Below, piece by piece: positions 9,589-20,067 of a stretch of 64,000 nt of DNA. Under the pieces are notes generated by a model that saw only the letters and a list, made by a program, of their open reading frames with translations, made no database searches and was not told the DNA's origin. The first letter of the stretch is position 1, and every line of letters begins with the position of its first letter. This DNA comes from Armatimonadia bacterium. Lineage in GTDB: Bacteria; Armatimonadota; Zipacnadia; Zipacnadales; JABUFB01. The DNA lies in contig JBDKVB010000073.1 in NCBI GenBank assembly GCA_039679385.1, forward strand, positions 17,539 to 81,538. Direction: 5' to 3'. The position numbers and the translations under genes were made by a program.

Positions 9589-12500
9589 ATGGCATTGCCC
9601 CCGGACGAACACACAACCGACTCTCCTCTCTTCCCGTCATACCTGGCAGGAAGCCTGGCGGACTTCTTGCAGTTCGCCCCTGCGGCCATCGTCGTTCTCA
9701 ATGAGGAGGGCGAGGTCGTCTACGCCAACGACGAGTTCTGCCAGGTGACGGGCTACTCGGCGGCGGAGATCATCGGCCTCGATGACTGGGACGCAATGGT
9801 CCCTTCGCCATGGATGGAGGAGATGCGAGAGGCGTTCCATGCGACCTGGGCCAGCAGAGCGCCCGCCCAGGCCGAGTGCCCGCTCACCTCCCGTGACGGC
9901 CAGCGTCGCCTCTTCAGTTGGCGCCATGTCGTCTGTCCGCCGCGCGAGGGCGTTCCGCCCCTCATGGTCTACGTCGGCACCGACATAACCCACCAACGAG
10001 CCAGTGAGAGGGCAGTGCGCGAGAGCGAGGAACGCTTTGGCCGGCTCGTGAACACCATGGACAGCGGCCTGGCGATGCTCGACTCTGAGGGCACCTTCAC
10101 CTACGTCAGCGCCCCGATGTGCAACATCCTGGGTCGTCCTGCCAACGTGATCGTCGGGCAGCGGGTGACGGAATTCCTGACGCCGGAGAGTCGCGCCGAT
10201 TTCGAACAGCAGTGGGATAGACGCTCCAGGGGAGAGCGAGGCTCCTACGAACTCGTGTGGCTGCGGCCCGACGGTGAGGTCGTCCATACCGCCGTGCAGG
10301 CATGCCCAGTGCAAGACGCTGCAGGGCGATTCGTCGGGGCCTACGGCGTGGTTGCCGACATCGGCCGACAGAAGCGAGTGCAGGAAGAGCTCGAGCACCA
10401 ACGCGACTTCGCCCGAGACTTGCTCGAGGAGACACCGGCCCTCGTGGTTGCCACGGACAACGAGGGCAAGATCGTACTGGCCAACAAGGCGATGCTCGGT
10501 GCGACGGGCTACGCGGAGGAGGAGGTTCTCGGCAAGGACTACCTCACCACCTTCGTGCCCGAGGCCGCACGAGCGGAGTTCCGAGCCCTGGACGGCGCGT
10601 TCGCCGGGTTGCGTGACCGCACAGCGAGTGAGTCGCCGCTGCTCACCAAGGATGGGCGCGAGCTTCTCGTGGAGTGGCATGGCCGGGTGATGGTGCACCA
10701 GGAGGATGCTCAGCCCTACGCCCTGGCCACGGGCATTGATGTCACGCAGCGCAGGCAGGACTCTGAGGCCCTGCGCGAAAGCCGACGGGCCCTGGCGACC
10801 CTCATGGGCGACCTGCCGGGCATGGCCTACCGCTGTCTGAACGACAGCCACTGGACGATGCAGTTCATCAGCGAAGGCTGCCTTGAGCTGACCGGCTACA
10901 GCGCTTCGGACCTGATCGGCAACGTCTCGACGAGCTACGGCGAACTGATCCACCCGGAGGACCGCGAGATCGTCTGGAAAGGCGTTCAGCAGGGGGTAAC
11001 AGAAAACCGAGCCTTCCATCTCGTCTACCGGATCCGGACGGCGCAGGGGCAGGAGAAGTGGGTCTCTGAGAGCGGCCGTCCCGTGCGCTCCGACACCGGC
11101 GAACTCGTGGCCCTGGAAGGGTTCATCTCCGACATCACCGAGGCGAAGGTGGCACAGGATCGCCTGACCCATGTGAACCGGGTTCTGCGGGCGATCCGCA
11201 ACGTGAACCAGCTCATCACCCACGAGCGAGACCGCGACTTGCTGCTTGCCCGCGCCTGTGAGTTGCTGGTGGAGACCCGAGGCTACAAGGCAGTCTGGGT
11301 TCAGCTCGTGGGGCCCTCAGACCGCACTGAGGAAGTGTACCACGCGGGTTTCGAGGGCAACTTCGATGCGCTCTGCAGGCAAGCTCTGGGCACCCGGGAC
11401 CTTCCTCCCTGTGCGCCCGCGGCGAGAGCGCAGACCGGAGTGCTGACGCGCACTGCGCGGGATACCTCCTGCACGGGCTGCCCACTGGCCGGGGATATGT
11501 CCGAGGGCGCCCACTTCCTGGTGCGGCTTGCCCATGCGGGCACGACCTATGGCACTCTGGCTGTCAGCGTGCCTGCGGAGGTGGCGGACAGCGAGGAGGA
11601 GCGCTCCCTGCTCAAAGAGGTGGCTGATGACCTCTCACTGGCGATCTACGCCATCGATGCTGCCCAGGAGGAACGTCGCGCTGCCGGTGCCCTGCGTGAC
11701 AGTGAGGCCCGTTTCCGCCACCTGTTCCAGCAGAGCCCCTTCCCGGTGATGGTGTGCCTCCCCGACGGAACCACGGAAGTCGTGAATGCGGCCTTCCTGG
11801 AGACCTTGGGGCTCGAGTCAGCGGAATCGATCGTAGGATACTACAATCCTCTGCGGGACCCCGGCGCGCTCGGGCTTGGCACGCGCGAACAGCTCGAGCC
11901 CTGCCTCGCCGGCCAGACAGTGGTGTTGCCCGAGGCCGCGATCGAGGCCGAGGCTATCCGTACGCGCTTTGCCAGTTCACTTACTTCGGACCTTGTGCTT
12001 CAAGCGACGGTGTTCCCGGTGGTATCCGAAGCCGGTGCTGTGGTGCAACTGGTCATCTTCTGGACCAACGTGACCGCAGAGCGCCGAGCCTTGTCTGACC
12101 TCAGACTGAAGGACTTCGCCCTGTCCTCCGCCACCAGCGGCATCCTGATCACCGACGCCGAGGGGAAGGTCAGCTACGCGAACCGCGCGGCAGTGGTGAT
12201 GTTCGGGTACGACGAGGCAGACCTGCTCGGTCAGCCCTTCGTCTCGCTGTGGAGTCAGGAAGAGGCTGGAGCTACAGCGCTGGCGTCTGCTCGCCGGGGT
12301 GAGAGCTGGCGCGGTGAACTCCAGGGCCGACGCTGCAACGGGACCGTGTTCGAGGCCGGTCTTACGGCCTCGTGGGCCGGGCAGCAAGCGACACTGGCGG
12401 TGGTGAACGATATCACACAGCGGCGACGCGACGAGCAGAACCTGCGCGAGACACGGGAGCAGTTGGAGGCTCTGGTGCAGTCGTCGCCCGTGGCGATTGT

Positions 12501-14370
12501 CGTGTTCGACGTCCAGGAGCGGGTGAAGATCTGGAACCCGGCTGCCGAGAAGCTGTTTGGGTGGACGACTGCGGAGGTGGTGGACAAGTACGTGCCCTGG
12601 ACCGACGATGAAGAGCGGCGTCAGGCCCATCGGCTCATCGCCCGGGCTCACCGGGGCGAGAGCTTTGCGGGGCTCGAGGTGCAGCGGCACACGAAGACCG
12701 GCGAAGCCCTCGACCTGAGTCTATCGACCGCGGTGCTGAGGGGACATGACGGAGAGATGATTGGGCTGGCCGAAGTGCTCGTGGACATCACGGAGCGCCG
12801 ACGTGCCGAGCGTATGCTGGAGAGCAGCGAGCGTCGCTTCCGCGAGATGGCCGAACTGCTGCCGGACATGGTCTACGAGCTCGACTCCCAAGGCTACGTC
12901 ACCTACGGCAATCGCGCGGCTATGGAGACACTGGGCCTGAGCCACGAGGACATCGAGACAGGCGTGGTGATCTTCGACGTCTTTGACCCCTCCGACGTCC
13001 CAGAGCTACGAGCCACACTGGAACGTGTTGCGGTCACCAGGGAGCCTTCGGTCCTGGCCGCCGACATGCCACTCCCGGACGCTCCGGCGGTACCTGTCGA
13101 GATCCATGTCGCACCCAGCCTGGGGATCGACGGCCAGTTGCTGGGATGGCGAGGTGTTGTCCGCGACATCTCGGAGCGCCGGAGAGCAGAAGAGGCGCAG
13201 CGGCTGGCGATGATTGGCCAGCTTGCAGCGGGTGTGGCCCACGAGTTCAACAACCTCCTGGCCGCCATGAGCGGACGAGCGCAACTGGCGCAAGCGCTTG
13301 AGACGCCTGCAGCAAACGAGCAGCTAGTCAACACAGTCCTCCTGGCCACCGAGCGGGGCGTTCGAATCAGTCGTGACCTGATGGGGTTCGCCAGACCTGG
13401 CGATCAGCGACCGGAGCCCGTTCACCTTGAGCACGCCATCGATGCAGCCCTAGGCATGGCTTCGCGAGACCTGCAGAATGCCCAGGTGCAGGTGGTGCGC
13501 CACTACCAGTCGGGCAACCAACGTGTTCTGGCCGACGCCTCACAGATGGAGCAAGTCTTCCTGAACCTGATCATGAACGCCTATCAGGCGATGCCCGGAG
13601 GTGGCACACTGACGGTCTCCACGGAGTATGTGCCGCATGAGGGCGGCACAGGCGAGGTGGTCACTCGCGTCTCGGACACCGGCACCGGCGTCGACCCGGA
13701 GATCATGAGCCGCATCTTCGAGCCCTTCTTCACCACCAAGCGCAGAGGTGATCAGGCCGGCTCGAGCGGCGCCGGCCTGGGGCTAGCGATCTCCCAGAGC
13801 ATTGTCAGCGCGCATGGTGGGACACTGTCGGTGCAAAGCCAGGTTGGTGAGGGGACGGAGTTCACGCTACGGCTGCGGGCGCACGCCGGGCCTGAGTCAC
13901 GCCGGACGGAAGACCGGGAGAACAAGGCTTCGGTGCCAACCGCTACCGGAGGTCGCGTACTGCTGGCCGAGGATGAGGACGAAGTGCGCGACATCGTGCG
14001 CAGCGTTCTTGCCCAGCACGGGTACGAGGTAGTCACTGCTCACGACACTCTTTCGGCTCTCGCCGCCCTGGGGACTGCGCACTTTGACGCCATCGTCTCT
14101 GATCTCGTCATGCCTGGAGGTGGCGGGCGTCAGGTACTGGCCGCCGCGAGGTCTCTTCCCGGATCGCCGCCGGTCTTGCTCATCACAGGAATGCCACACC
14201 AGGGCCTTGAGGGAGACCTCACCCAACTTGGGGCACGCGGCTTCCTGCACAAGCCCTTCAGCCTGCCAGACCTGATCCGCGCTCTCGGCGAGCTGATGGG
14301 CTCAACCCGGGCTGCCACCGACAGTACGACTGTTCAGCCCTCTGAGACAGACCCCACGCCGACTTCCTGA
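9589..14370 (+). CDS. multi-PAS/GAF hybrid sensor histidine kinase with C-terminal receiver
   Basis: About 1600 aa with repeated PAS blocks and a GAF-like segment. HisKA box LAAGVAHEFNNLLAAMSG, HATPase_c (GTGVDPEIMSRIFEPFFTTK...GLGLAISQSIV) and REC (VLLAEDEDEVRDIV...DAIVSDLVMPGGGG). The ORF opens at 9520. The ATG at 9589 has an AAGGAG SD and is preferred, but the start is uncertain. Confidence 0.85.
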   Translation: MALPPDEHTTDSPLFPSYLAGSLADFLQFAPAAIVVLNEEGEVVYANDEFCQVTGYSAAEIIGLDDWDAMVPSPWMEEMREAFHATWASRAPAQAECPLTSRDGQRRLFSWRHVVCPPREGVPPLMVYVGTDITHQRASERAVRESEERFGRLVNTMDSGLAMLDSEGTFTYVSAPMCNILGRPANVIVGQRVTEFLTPESRADFEQQWDRRSRGERGSYELVWLRPDGEVVHTAVQACPVQDAAGRFVGAYGVVADIGRQKRVQEELEHQRDFARDLLEETPALVVATDNEGKIVLANKAMLGATGYAEEEVLGKDYLTTFVPEAARAEFRALDGAFAGLRDRTASESPLLTKDGRELLVEWHGRVMVHQEDAQPYALATGIDVTQRRQDSEALRESRRALATLMGDLPGMAYRCLNDSHWTMQFISEGCLELTGYSASDLIGNVSTSYGELIHPEDREIVWKGVQQGVTENRAFHLVYRIRTAQGQEKWVSESGRPVRSDTGELVALEGFISDITEAKVAQDRLTHVNRVLRAIRNVNQLITHERDRDLLLARACELLVETRGYKAVWVQLVGPSDRTEEVYHAGFEGNFDALCRQALGTRDLPPCAPAARAQTGVLTRTARDTSCTGCPLAGDMSEGAHFLVRLAHAGTTYGTLAVSVPAEVADSEEERSLLKEVADDLSLAIYAIDAAQEERRAAGALRDSEARFRHLFQQSPFPVMVCLPDGTTEVVNAAFLETLGLESAESIVGYYNPLRDPGALGLGTREQLEPCLAGQTVVLPEAAIEAEAIRTRFASSLTSDLVLQATVFPVVSEAGAVVQLVIFWTNVTAERRALSDLRLKDFALSSATSGILITDAEGKVSYANRAAVVMFGYDEADLLGQPFVSLWSQEEAGATALASARRGESWRGELQGRRCNGTVFEAGLTASWAGQQATLAVVNDITQRRRDEQNLRETREQLEALVQSSPVAIVVFDVQERVKIWNPAAEKLFGWTTAEVVDKYVPWTDDEERRQAHRLIARAHRGESFAGLEVQRHTKTGEALDLSLSTAVLRGHDGEMIGLAEVLVDITERRRAERMLESSERRFREMAELLPDMVYELDSQGYVTYGNRAAMETLGLSHEDIETGVVIFDVFDPSDVPELRATLERVAVTREPSVLAADMPLPDAPAVPVEIHVAPSLGIDGQLLGWRGVVRDISERRRAEEAQRLAMIGQLAAGVAHEFNNLLAAMSGRAQLAQALETPAANEQLVNTVLLATERGVRISRDLMGFARPGDQRPEPVHLEHAIDAALGMASRDLQNAQVQVVRHYQSGNQRVLADASQMEQVFLNLIMNAYQAMPGGGTLTVSTEYVPHEGGTGEVVTRVSDTGTGVDPEIMSRIFEPFFTTKRRGDQAGSSGAGLGLAISQSIVSAHGGTLSVQSQVGEGTEFTLRLRAHAGPESRRTEDRENKASVPTATGGRVLLAEDEDEVRDIVRSVLAQHGYEVVTAHDTLSALAALGTAHFDAIVSDLVMPGGGGRQVLAAARSLPGSPPVLLITGMPHQGLEGDLTQLGARGFLHKPFSLPDLIRALGELMGSTRAATDSTTVQPSETDPTPTS

Positions 14371-14399
14371 CGGTTGCTCCTCGGACCAGTGGCGCGGCC

Positions 14400-15794
14400 T
14401 CACTGCCCCTGAAGTACCTTCAGGTGTTCGCGGGCTGCTGCGTCCTTTGGGTCGAGTGCTACAGCCTTCTGCACCAGTGGTCTTGCCTGGTCATCGTGCC
14501 CTAACAGGTGCTGAGTCCACCCCAGGGTGTCCATGACCGCCGGCGAATTCGGCGTGCGCCGATAGGCCTCTTCTGCAAGCGGCAGAGCCTCCGCAGGTCT
14601 CCCCTTGTCGACAGCCAGCAGATAGGCAAGGTTGTTCAGCGCTCGGGAGTGCCCGGGATCGTCCTTGAGGGCGGCACGGTATGCGGTCTCGGCTCCCGCG
14701 GGGTCCCCGATCGCCTCGTGCAGTATCCCGACCGCGAGATGGGCGTCGGCATTGCCCGGCTCGTAACGCAATACCAGGTTGGCTTCACCCAGGGCGCGCG
14801 TCAGAGACCCCTGCCGGGTGAGGGCATCGGTCAGGCCGATACGCAGCTTCGAGGAGTTCGGATCGTACACCAGCCCCTTCTCGAACTCCTTCTGAGCATC
14901 GCGAGGACGATCGAGGGCTAGATAGGCATGCCCCCGTGCAGCAAAGGTCGCCACGGAGGGTCCGACAAGGCGCTCGATCTCGTTCGCCTCGTCAAGGGCC
15001 GCCTGGTAGTCTCCGCAGGCATGAAGCGCACCGACACGAAGCAGTCGCACCGAGACCTTGCGCGGCACACGTTGCACGGCCTCAGTCAGGAGCCGCAGGG
15101 ACTCCTTCTGGTCCCCGGTGGCCTCGCGGTATCCGGCCAGGGTCAACAGTTGCTCCAGCGGAAGGCGCTTGCCCTGTGCGCGCTGCAGGAAGTCCCGGGC
15201 CAACTCCGGCTTGGACCGCGCTTCGGTGGCAAGGATATAGCCATCGAAGAAGCTGATCACCGGGGCGTTGCCGAAGCGCGCCACCGCCTGGTCGCGGTAC
15301 TGGCGCATTCCGGACGCATCGCCGGATTCCAGCTTCGCGACGGCCTGGCGCAGCAGGTCACCGGCCCTCTCCGCTTCCGCGGGGCTGGGACCGGTGGCTA
15401 GCCGACCGTAGGCCCAGAAGCACACCACGGCCAGGAGCACGAATACCCCTGCTGCCACGAGATATGGCTTCGCACGCTGGAGCGCCTCTGGGTCATCCTC
15501 TTCCACGACCTCAGGCGCGGCTGCCTCGGGTGGTGACGGCTGCCGCGCAATCGGGGGCAAAGCACGGAGCCCCAGGGCAGCCCGCAGGGAATTGAGCCAT
15601 CGGGGGCGCTGACGAAGGGAGACCGCCGATGCGGAGGCAGACTCCTCGACCGGCGTCCATCCCTCTGCCTCGGTCCTCGACTTGCCCTCCGAAGGGTCTT
15701 TCGATGCCATGCAGGCAACCTTCCTGACGCTGCGGAAGCCAGGGGGCCGATCGGCCTCCCCGGTCGCTTGACTCGGCTCCACAAACTGCGGCAT
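14400..15794 (-). CDS. TPR-repeat protein with a single N-terminal TM segment
   Basis: Acidic, Pro-rich N-terminus, one hydrophobic helix (LVAAGVFVLLAVVCFWAYG), then 6-8 TPR-like repeats. Alternative start at 15710 (MASKD). Confidence 0.6.
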   Translation of the reverse strand: MPQFVEPSQATGEADRPPGFRSVRKVACMASKDPSEGKSRTEAEGWTPVEESASASAVSLRQRPRWLNSLRAALGLRALPPIARQPSPPEAAAPEVVEEDDPEALQRAKPYLVAAGVFVLLAVVCFWAYGRLATGPSPAEAERAGDLLRQAVAKLESGDASGMRQYRDQAVARFGNAPVISFFDGYILATEARSKPELARDFLQRAQGKRLPLEQLLTLAGYREATGDQKESLRLLTEAVQRVPRKVSVRLLRVGALHACGDYQAALDEANEIERLVGPSVATFAARGHAYLALDRPRDAQKEFEKGLVYDPNSSKLRIGLTDALTRQGSLTRALGEANLVLRYEPGNADAHLAVGILHEAIGDPAGAETAYRAALKDDPGHSRALNNLAYLLAVDKGRPAEALPLAEEAYRRTPNSPAVMDTLGWTQHLLGHDDQARPLVQKAVALDPKDAAAREHLKVLQGQ

Positions 15795-15838
15795 ACTTCG
15801 GTGTGCTCAAAGATTAGCACGAGAAAGGGGTCACGGCA

Positions 15839-16588
15839 ATGCCGAAAGGGTCTGCTCTGTTGGTGCTCTGTGTTGTCTGTGTCTGCCTCACGCTCAGTGG
15901 CTGCAAGGATGGTGGCACCTGGCTGTTCTCACGTGACGACGAAGTGAAGCTCGGTACCGATGCAGCTGCCGAGTTCGAGAAGACCAACAAGATCTCTGCA
16001 GACGCCGCGTTGGCCCGCTTCGTTGCGGGCGTCGGCGCCAGTGTGGCCGCAGCGGCTACCCCTCCCGACTACCCCTACAAGTTCAAAGTGATCGACACCA
16101 CGGATGTGAATGCCGTGGCCTTCCCTGGCGGACCGGTGTACGTCTACCGCGGGCTTCTCGAGAAGACCAGCATGGACCGTGACATGATAGCCTGGGTTCT
16201 AGGGCACGAGGTGTCCCACATCGCCCTGCAACACGCTGCGAAGCGCATCGAGAATCAGGTCGGCGTGGAACTGATCACCCAGACCCTCCTCGGCAAGGGC
16301 AGCGCTGCTCAGGTCGCTGGGCTCATCTCCGGCCTGATGTTCCAGGACTACGGCCGTGACAAGGAGTTGCAGGCCGACCATCAGGGCCTGCTGTATGCTG
16401 CCAAGGCCGGCTACGATCCGACGGCAGCTATCGGCGTGATTCAGGTCTTCCAGTCCCTCAGTGGCGGCAAGGACCCGAACAAGCTCGAGCTGCTGTTCAT
16501 GAGCCACCCGGGTGACAACACCCGCATCAACCAGATCAAGAGCCTCTGCGCCAAGTACGGGTACCGTGGCAAGTACTACAAGCCCTAA
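15839..16588 (+). CDS. M48-family Zn metallopeptidase lipoprotein
   Basis: Lipobox LTLSGC, HEXXH (GHEVSHIALQH) and downstream E. SD AAAGGGG. Confidence 0.8.
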   Translation: MPKGSALLVLCVVCVCLTLSGCKDGGTWLFSRDDEVKLGTDAAAEFEKTNKISADAALARFVAGVGASVAAAATPPDYPYKFKVIDTTDVNAVAFPGGPVYVYRGLLEKTSMDRDMIAWVLGHEVSHIALQHAAKRIENQVGVELITQTLLGKGSAAQVAGLISGLMFQDYGRDKELQADHQGLLYAAKAGYDPTAAIGVIQVFQSLSGGKDPNKLELLFMSHPGDNTRINQIKSLCAKYGYRGKYYKP

Positions 16589-16603
16589 GCGAGCAGCCCG
16601 AGC

Positions 16604-17872
16604 ATGGCCGACCCTTTGTGCATCATCCACATCGCCCGGCCCGCCGAAGCGGAGCTACAGCGCCACGTCACCACGCTGACAGAGGCGCTGGTCGCACGCC
16701 ACGTGCAGACAATCGTGGCAGGGCCGCTCGACCGACGGTTCCGCGAGGAGCTCTCGCGCCGTGACGTCCGGTGGGCCAACGTGCCACTCCCCGAGAACAT
16801 GGCCTGGCACAGCCAACGGAAGGCGGCCGAGCACTTGGGTCGATTCCTGCGAGCCGTCCAACCCGACGTGGTGCATGCCCACGGTTTCCAGGCGGCCTTC
16901 ACGGCGTGGCTGGCCCTGCGAAACGTCAGGCCCGCAGTCCCGATCGTGGTGGCTCCCCACGGTGTGCCCTACTACGCAAGCCAGCCAAAGTGGGAACGCC
17001 TGGTGCGGCGCCACGCCTACCGTCGGGTGCTGTCGGTCTGCAAGGCTATCATCGCGGGTTCGGAGGCGGAGCGCTCGGAACTCCTGGCGCTGGCTCCCGC
17101 GGGCACCGACCAGCGCCTTCATGTGGTGGTCCCGGGCGTTGAGCCCCGGCAGAAGAGCTCGCTCTTCGACACCGGCCAGAAGCGACTCCGCGTGGGACTG
17201 CATCAGGACGCTGCCATTGTAGCCGTCCGTGCGCATCTCCGACCCGGTGTGCCAATGGAGGACTTCCTTCGCTCTGCCGCACTACTGAGCGAGAAGATTC
17301 CCAATGTCGAGTTCGCAATTCTTGGTGATGGCCCACGCATGGAAGAGCTGAAGACCCTTGCTCACGAGCTTCGGCTCTCGGGCAGTGCGGTCTTCCTCGG
17401 GGCACGCGCCGACGCACGAGAGATCGCCAGTTGCTGCAACGTCTTCGTGGCGCTGACCGAAGGCCCCTGGGGTGTCCAGCACGCCCTCGAGGCGCTGTCG
17501 CGCGATCTGCGCATCGTGGCCGCCGACTTGCCAGGCCTGCGCGAGGTCCTTGAGGGCGTCCAGGGGGTCCCCCTCGTGCAGCTCTCGGACCACCGTGCCT
17601 TCGCCGATGCGATGCTTCACCAACTCGAGCAGTTCAGTGTCGATGAGGAGGATATCAAGGTCGGCACCGGGATGGTCTGGGGCCTCAGTGAGGTGCTTGC
17701 CTCGCAGGACGAGTACGACCTGGATCGGCCAGGCCTGGATCGCCGCGACAGGGCCAAGGAGGCCACCTCCGACACCGACCGGGTTCTGGCACGCTACTCA
17801 GTCGCTAACATGGCACAGGGGACGTTGGACGTCTACGAACAGATCCTCGCCACGCCACCGGCCAGTGACTGA
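16604..17872 (+). CDS. GT4-family (group 1) glycosyltransferase
   Basis: GT-B fold pattern: N-domain (VVHAHGFQAA) and C-domain with an E-x7-E-like region (FLGARADAREIASCCNVFVALTEGPWGVQHALEALS). Confidence 0.65.
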   Translation: MADPLCIIHIARPAEAELQRHVTTLTEALVARHVQTIVAGPLDRRFREELSRRDVRWANVPLPENMAWHSQRKAAEHLGRFLRAVQPDVVHAHGFQAAFTAWLALRNVRPAVPIVVAPHGVPYYASQPKWERLVRRHAYRRVLSVCKAIIAGSEAERSELLALAPAGTDQRLHVVVPGVEPRQKSSLFDTGQKRLRVGLHQDAAIVAVRAHLRPGVPMEDFLRSAALLSEKIPNVEFAILGDGPRMEELKTLAHELRLSGSAVFLGARADAREIASCCNVFVALTEGPWGVQHALEALSRDLRIVAADLPGLREVLEGVQGVPLVQLSDHRAFADAMLHQLEQFSVDEEDIKVGTGMVWGLSEVLASQDEYDLDRPGLDRRDRAKEATSDTDRVLARYSVANMAQGTLDVYEQILATPPASD

Positions 17873-17981
17873 CCCACAGACCTTCAGGATGCTGACGCCC
17901 CTCACGCAGTCACCAGGACGGGGAGGGCAGGGGCTTGTGCCCCCTCTCCCCGTCACAGGCACAACCAGCACGACGCCCTAC

Positions 17982-18977
17982 TCAGACCGGGTACGGGATG
18001 CCACGACGGGCGGACGCCCTCGCCTTGAGAACCACCTCAGTCATGCGCAGGCAGTCCTCGGCTGGAACATCACAGGCGCACTCACCCCTGATCGAGCGCA
18101 CGAAGTTCACGAACTGGTTCTCGCCAACGGCAGGCAACTCCAGTTCCTGTGGCGCCTGATCCTGCGCTATGAGGGTGACTTGCTTGCCGCACCACAGGGA
18201 CTCCACCACACCCTTGCTGCCGGCCACTCGCAGGCGGTCGTCACCATGGGTGGGAGCCGCCGCAGGACGGCAGTAATCGAGACGTGCGGAGGCAGACGCA
18301 CCGTTATCTAGCTTCGCCACTACGTGGCCCTCGTCCTCGAAGTCGCCCATCTCTGGATGTCCAACGTTGGCACAGCAGGCGTAGACTTCGGTGAACTCCC
18401 GGCCGGTGCACCAGCGGATCAGATCCAGTGCGTGGATCCCGATGAAGGGGATGATGCCGCTGTAGGTGGCCTTCTGCTTCTGCCACTCCGGGCGCACGCC
18501 GAGACGGTAGGACTTCTGGGCAGTGGCCAGGCAGACCTCACCGATCTCGCCGCTCTCGACGACACTGCGCAGGAGCCGGTACTGCGGCTCGAAGCGCATC
18601 GTCAACAGCATGGACAGATGGATACCACTGCGGCGCAGTGCCCGGCGGATATCGGCCAGGTCCGGCAGGCTGTTTGCCAGGGGCTTTTCGGTCAGGCAGT
18701 GTATCTTGCGGTCGGCCGCAGCCAGCACAACCTGGTGGCGCTCACTGTCCACCCCGTTCTCAACGAGGATGTCGATCTGCTCCTTATCAAGCATCTCGCG
18801 CCAGTCGGCATAGACATGGGTGCTCTCATCGGCGCGCTGGTACTTGGGGACGCCGGCGAGCTTCTCGGGATCATCATCGGAGGCCGCGACCAGCCGGGCC
18901 TCCGGAAGCTGCTCTAGGCCTTGTAGAGCGACGCCGTAGTGCCCCTTGAGACCCGCGATCGCAACACGCAGTGACAT
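17982..18977 (-). CDS. Gfo/Idh/MocA-family NAD(P)-dependent oxidoreductase
   Basis: N-terminal Rossmann (MSLRVAIAGLKGHYG) and EKP motif (CLTEKPLA). Start taken at the internal ATG 18977. Confidence 0.8.
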   Translation of the reverse strand: MSLRVAIAGLKGHYGVALQGLEQLPEARLVAASDDDPEKLAGVPKYQRADESTHVYADWREMLDKEQIDILVENGVDSERHQVVLAAADRKIHCLTEKPLANSLPDLADIRRALRRSGIHLSMLLTMRFEPQYRLLRSVVESGEIGEVCLATAQKSYRLGVRPEWQKQKATYSGIIPFIGIHALDLIRWCTGREFTEVYACCANVGHPEMGDFEDEGHVVAKLDNGASASARLDYCRPAAAPTHGDDRLRVAGSKGVVESLWCGKQVTLIAQDQAPQELELPAVGENQFVNFVRSIRGECACDVPAEDCLRMTEVVLKARASARRGIPYPV

Positions 18978-19075
18978 AAGGAAGGCTCCTTTCGTGTGTA
19001 GCCTGACTCGTGATGGAGAGTTCCCCCTGGGGGCGTCTTCCCCCTCCGCCCAGGATGGCGAACAGTGCCGATGCC

Positions 19076-19104
19076 TTGACAGTCCACGGGGCATTTGCTA
19101 TCCT
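19076..19104 (+). promoter_or_regulatory. sigma70-like promoter TTGACA-17-TATCCT upstream of infC
   Basis: Exact -35 TTGACA at 19076-19081, a 17-nt spacer, and -10 TATCCT at 19099-19104, about 65 nt upstream of the infC start. Confidence 0.4.
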
Positions 19105-19167
19105 GCAACCGCCCGAACACGCCGGTTCACCGTGCTTTTGGCGCGCATTCTGAGAGGGTGAGGTCGT

Positions 19168-19815
19168 ATCGACGTTAAGTCCTATCGGGTTAATGAGCGG
19201 ATCCGAGCCAAGGAAGTGCGGGTAATCGATCCGACAGGTGAGCAGCTCGGAATCATGACCGTCGATCAGGCTCGGCGGGCCGCGGCGGATCGGGAACTGG
19301 ACCTCATCGAGGTCGCCCCCAACGCGACTCCGCCTGTGTGCCGGATCATGGACTACGGTAAGTTCCGGTACGAACAGCGCAAGAAAGCCAAGGAAGCCCA
19401 GCGGAAGTCAAAGCAGACCGAGATCAAGATGCTGCGCTGTCGTCCGAACACCGACGATCACGACATCAACTACAAGATGCGCAACGCCCGCAAGTTCCTC
19501 GTGCGGGGTCACAAGGTCCGGTTTACTGTCATCTTCCGCGGTCCCGAACTCCGGCATAAGGAGATCGGTGAGCAGCAGCTCAAGCTGTTCATCGAGGGCT
19601 GCAAGGACCTCGCGAGCGTCGAGAACTACCCTCGCATGGAGGGGCGCCGGATGGTCATGCAGCTCGAGCCCCTGCCCGAGGTTCTCGCCAAGGCGAAGAC
19701 CGCTCAGGCAGAAGCCGAGGCCAAGGGCGAAGTCCTCGAAGAGCTCCCGCCTGACGATGCGGAGGATGTTGAGGTCGGTCAGGACGTAGAGGAAGTCGAG
19801 GGTCAGAAGAGCTAG
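19168..19815 (+). CDS. infC: translation initiation factor IF-3
   Basis: Conserved IF-3 N-terminus RINERIRAKEVRVIDPTGEQLG continues in frame upstream of the first GTG/ATG, back to a stop at 19159. The likely start is the non-canonical AUC at 19168, with a GAGGGTGAGG SD. The remainder (CRIMDYGKFRYEQ...FRGPELRHKEIG) is canonical IF-3. Confidence 0.8.
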   Translation: MDVKSYRVNERIRAKEVRVIDPTGEQLGIMTVDQARRAAADRELDLIEVAPNATPPVCRIMDYGKFRYEQRKKAKEAQRKSKQTEIKMLRCRPNTDDHDINYKMRNARKFLVRGHKVRFTVIFRGPELRHKEIGEQQLKLFIEGCKDLASVENYPRMEGRRMVMQLEPLPEVLAKAKTAQAEAEAKGEVLEELPPDDAEDVEVGQDVEEVEGQKS

Positions 19816-19839
19816 CAGCAACCCAGCACGCCCGTTACA

Positions 19840-19868
19840 GCCCGGGCAGGTTGCCCGGGCCGTTTTGT
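19840..19868 (+). terminator. intrinsic terminator/attenuator-like hairpin after infC
   Basis: GCCCGGGC-AGGTT-GCCCGGGC stem followed by CGTTTTGTC. Confidence 0.45.
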
Positions 19869-20067
19869 CGCCTGTCGCGGTCTTCGGATCGGAGCCAGGC
19901 CAAGAGACTTGCCACCATGCCCCGTGCATGATGGCAGATAGGGTGACCGCGCTGTAGCGGGGTGCCCCGACCCACAAAACGTGCGGCAGTGGAAGGCCGC
20001 ACTGCCTGCCGACCCGGGCTCTGCACTCTGCATCCTCGGCGTCGCGTAGGCTCAAGGAGAGAGAGAC

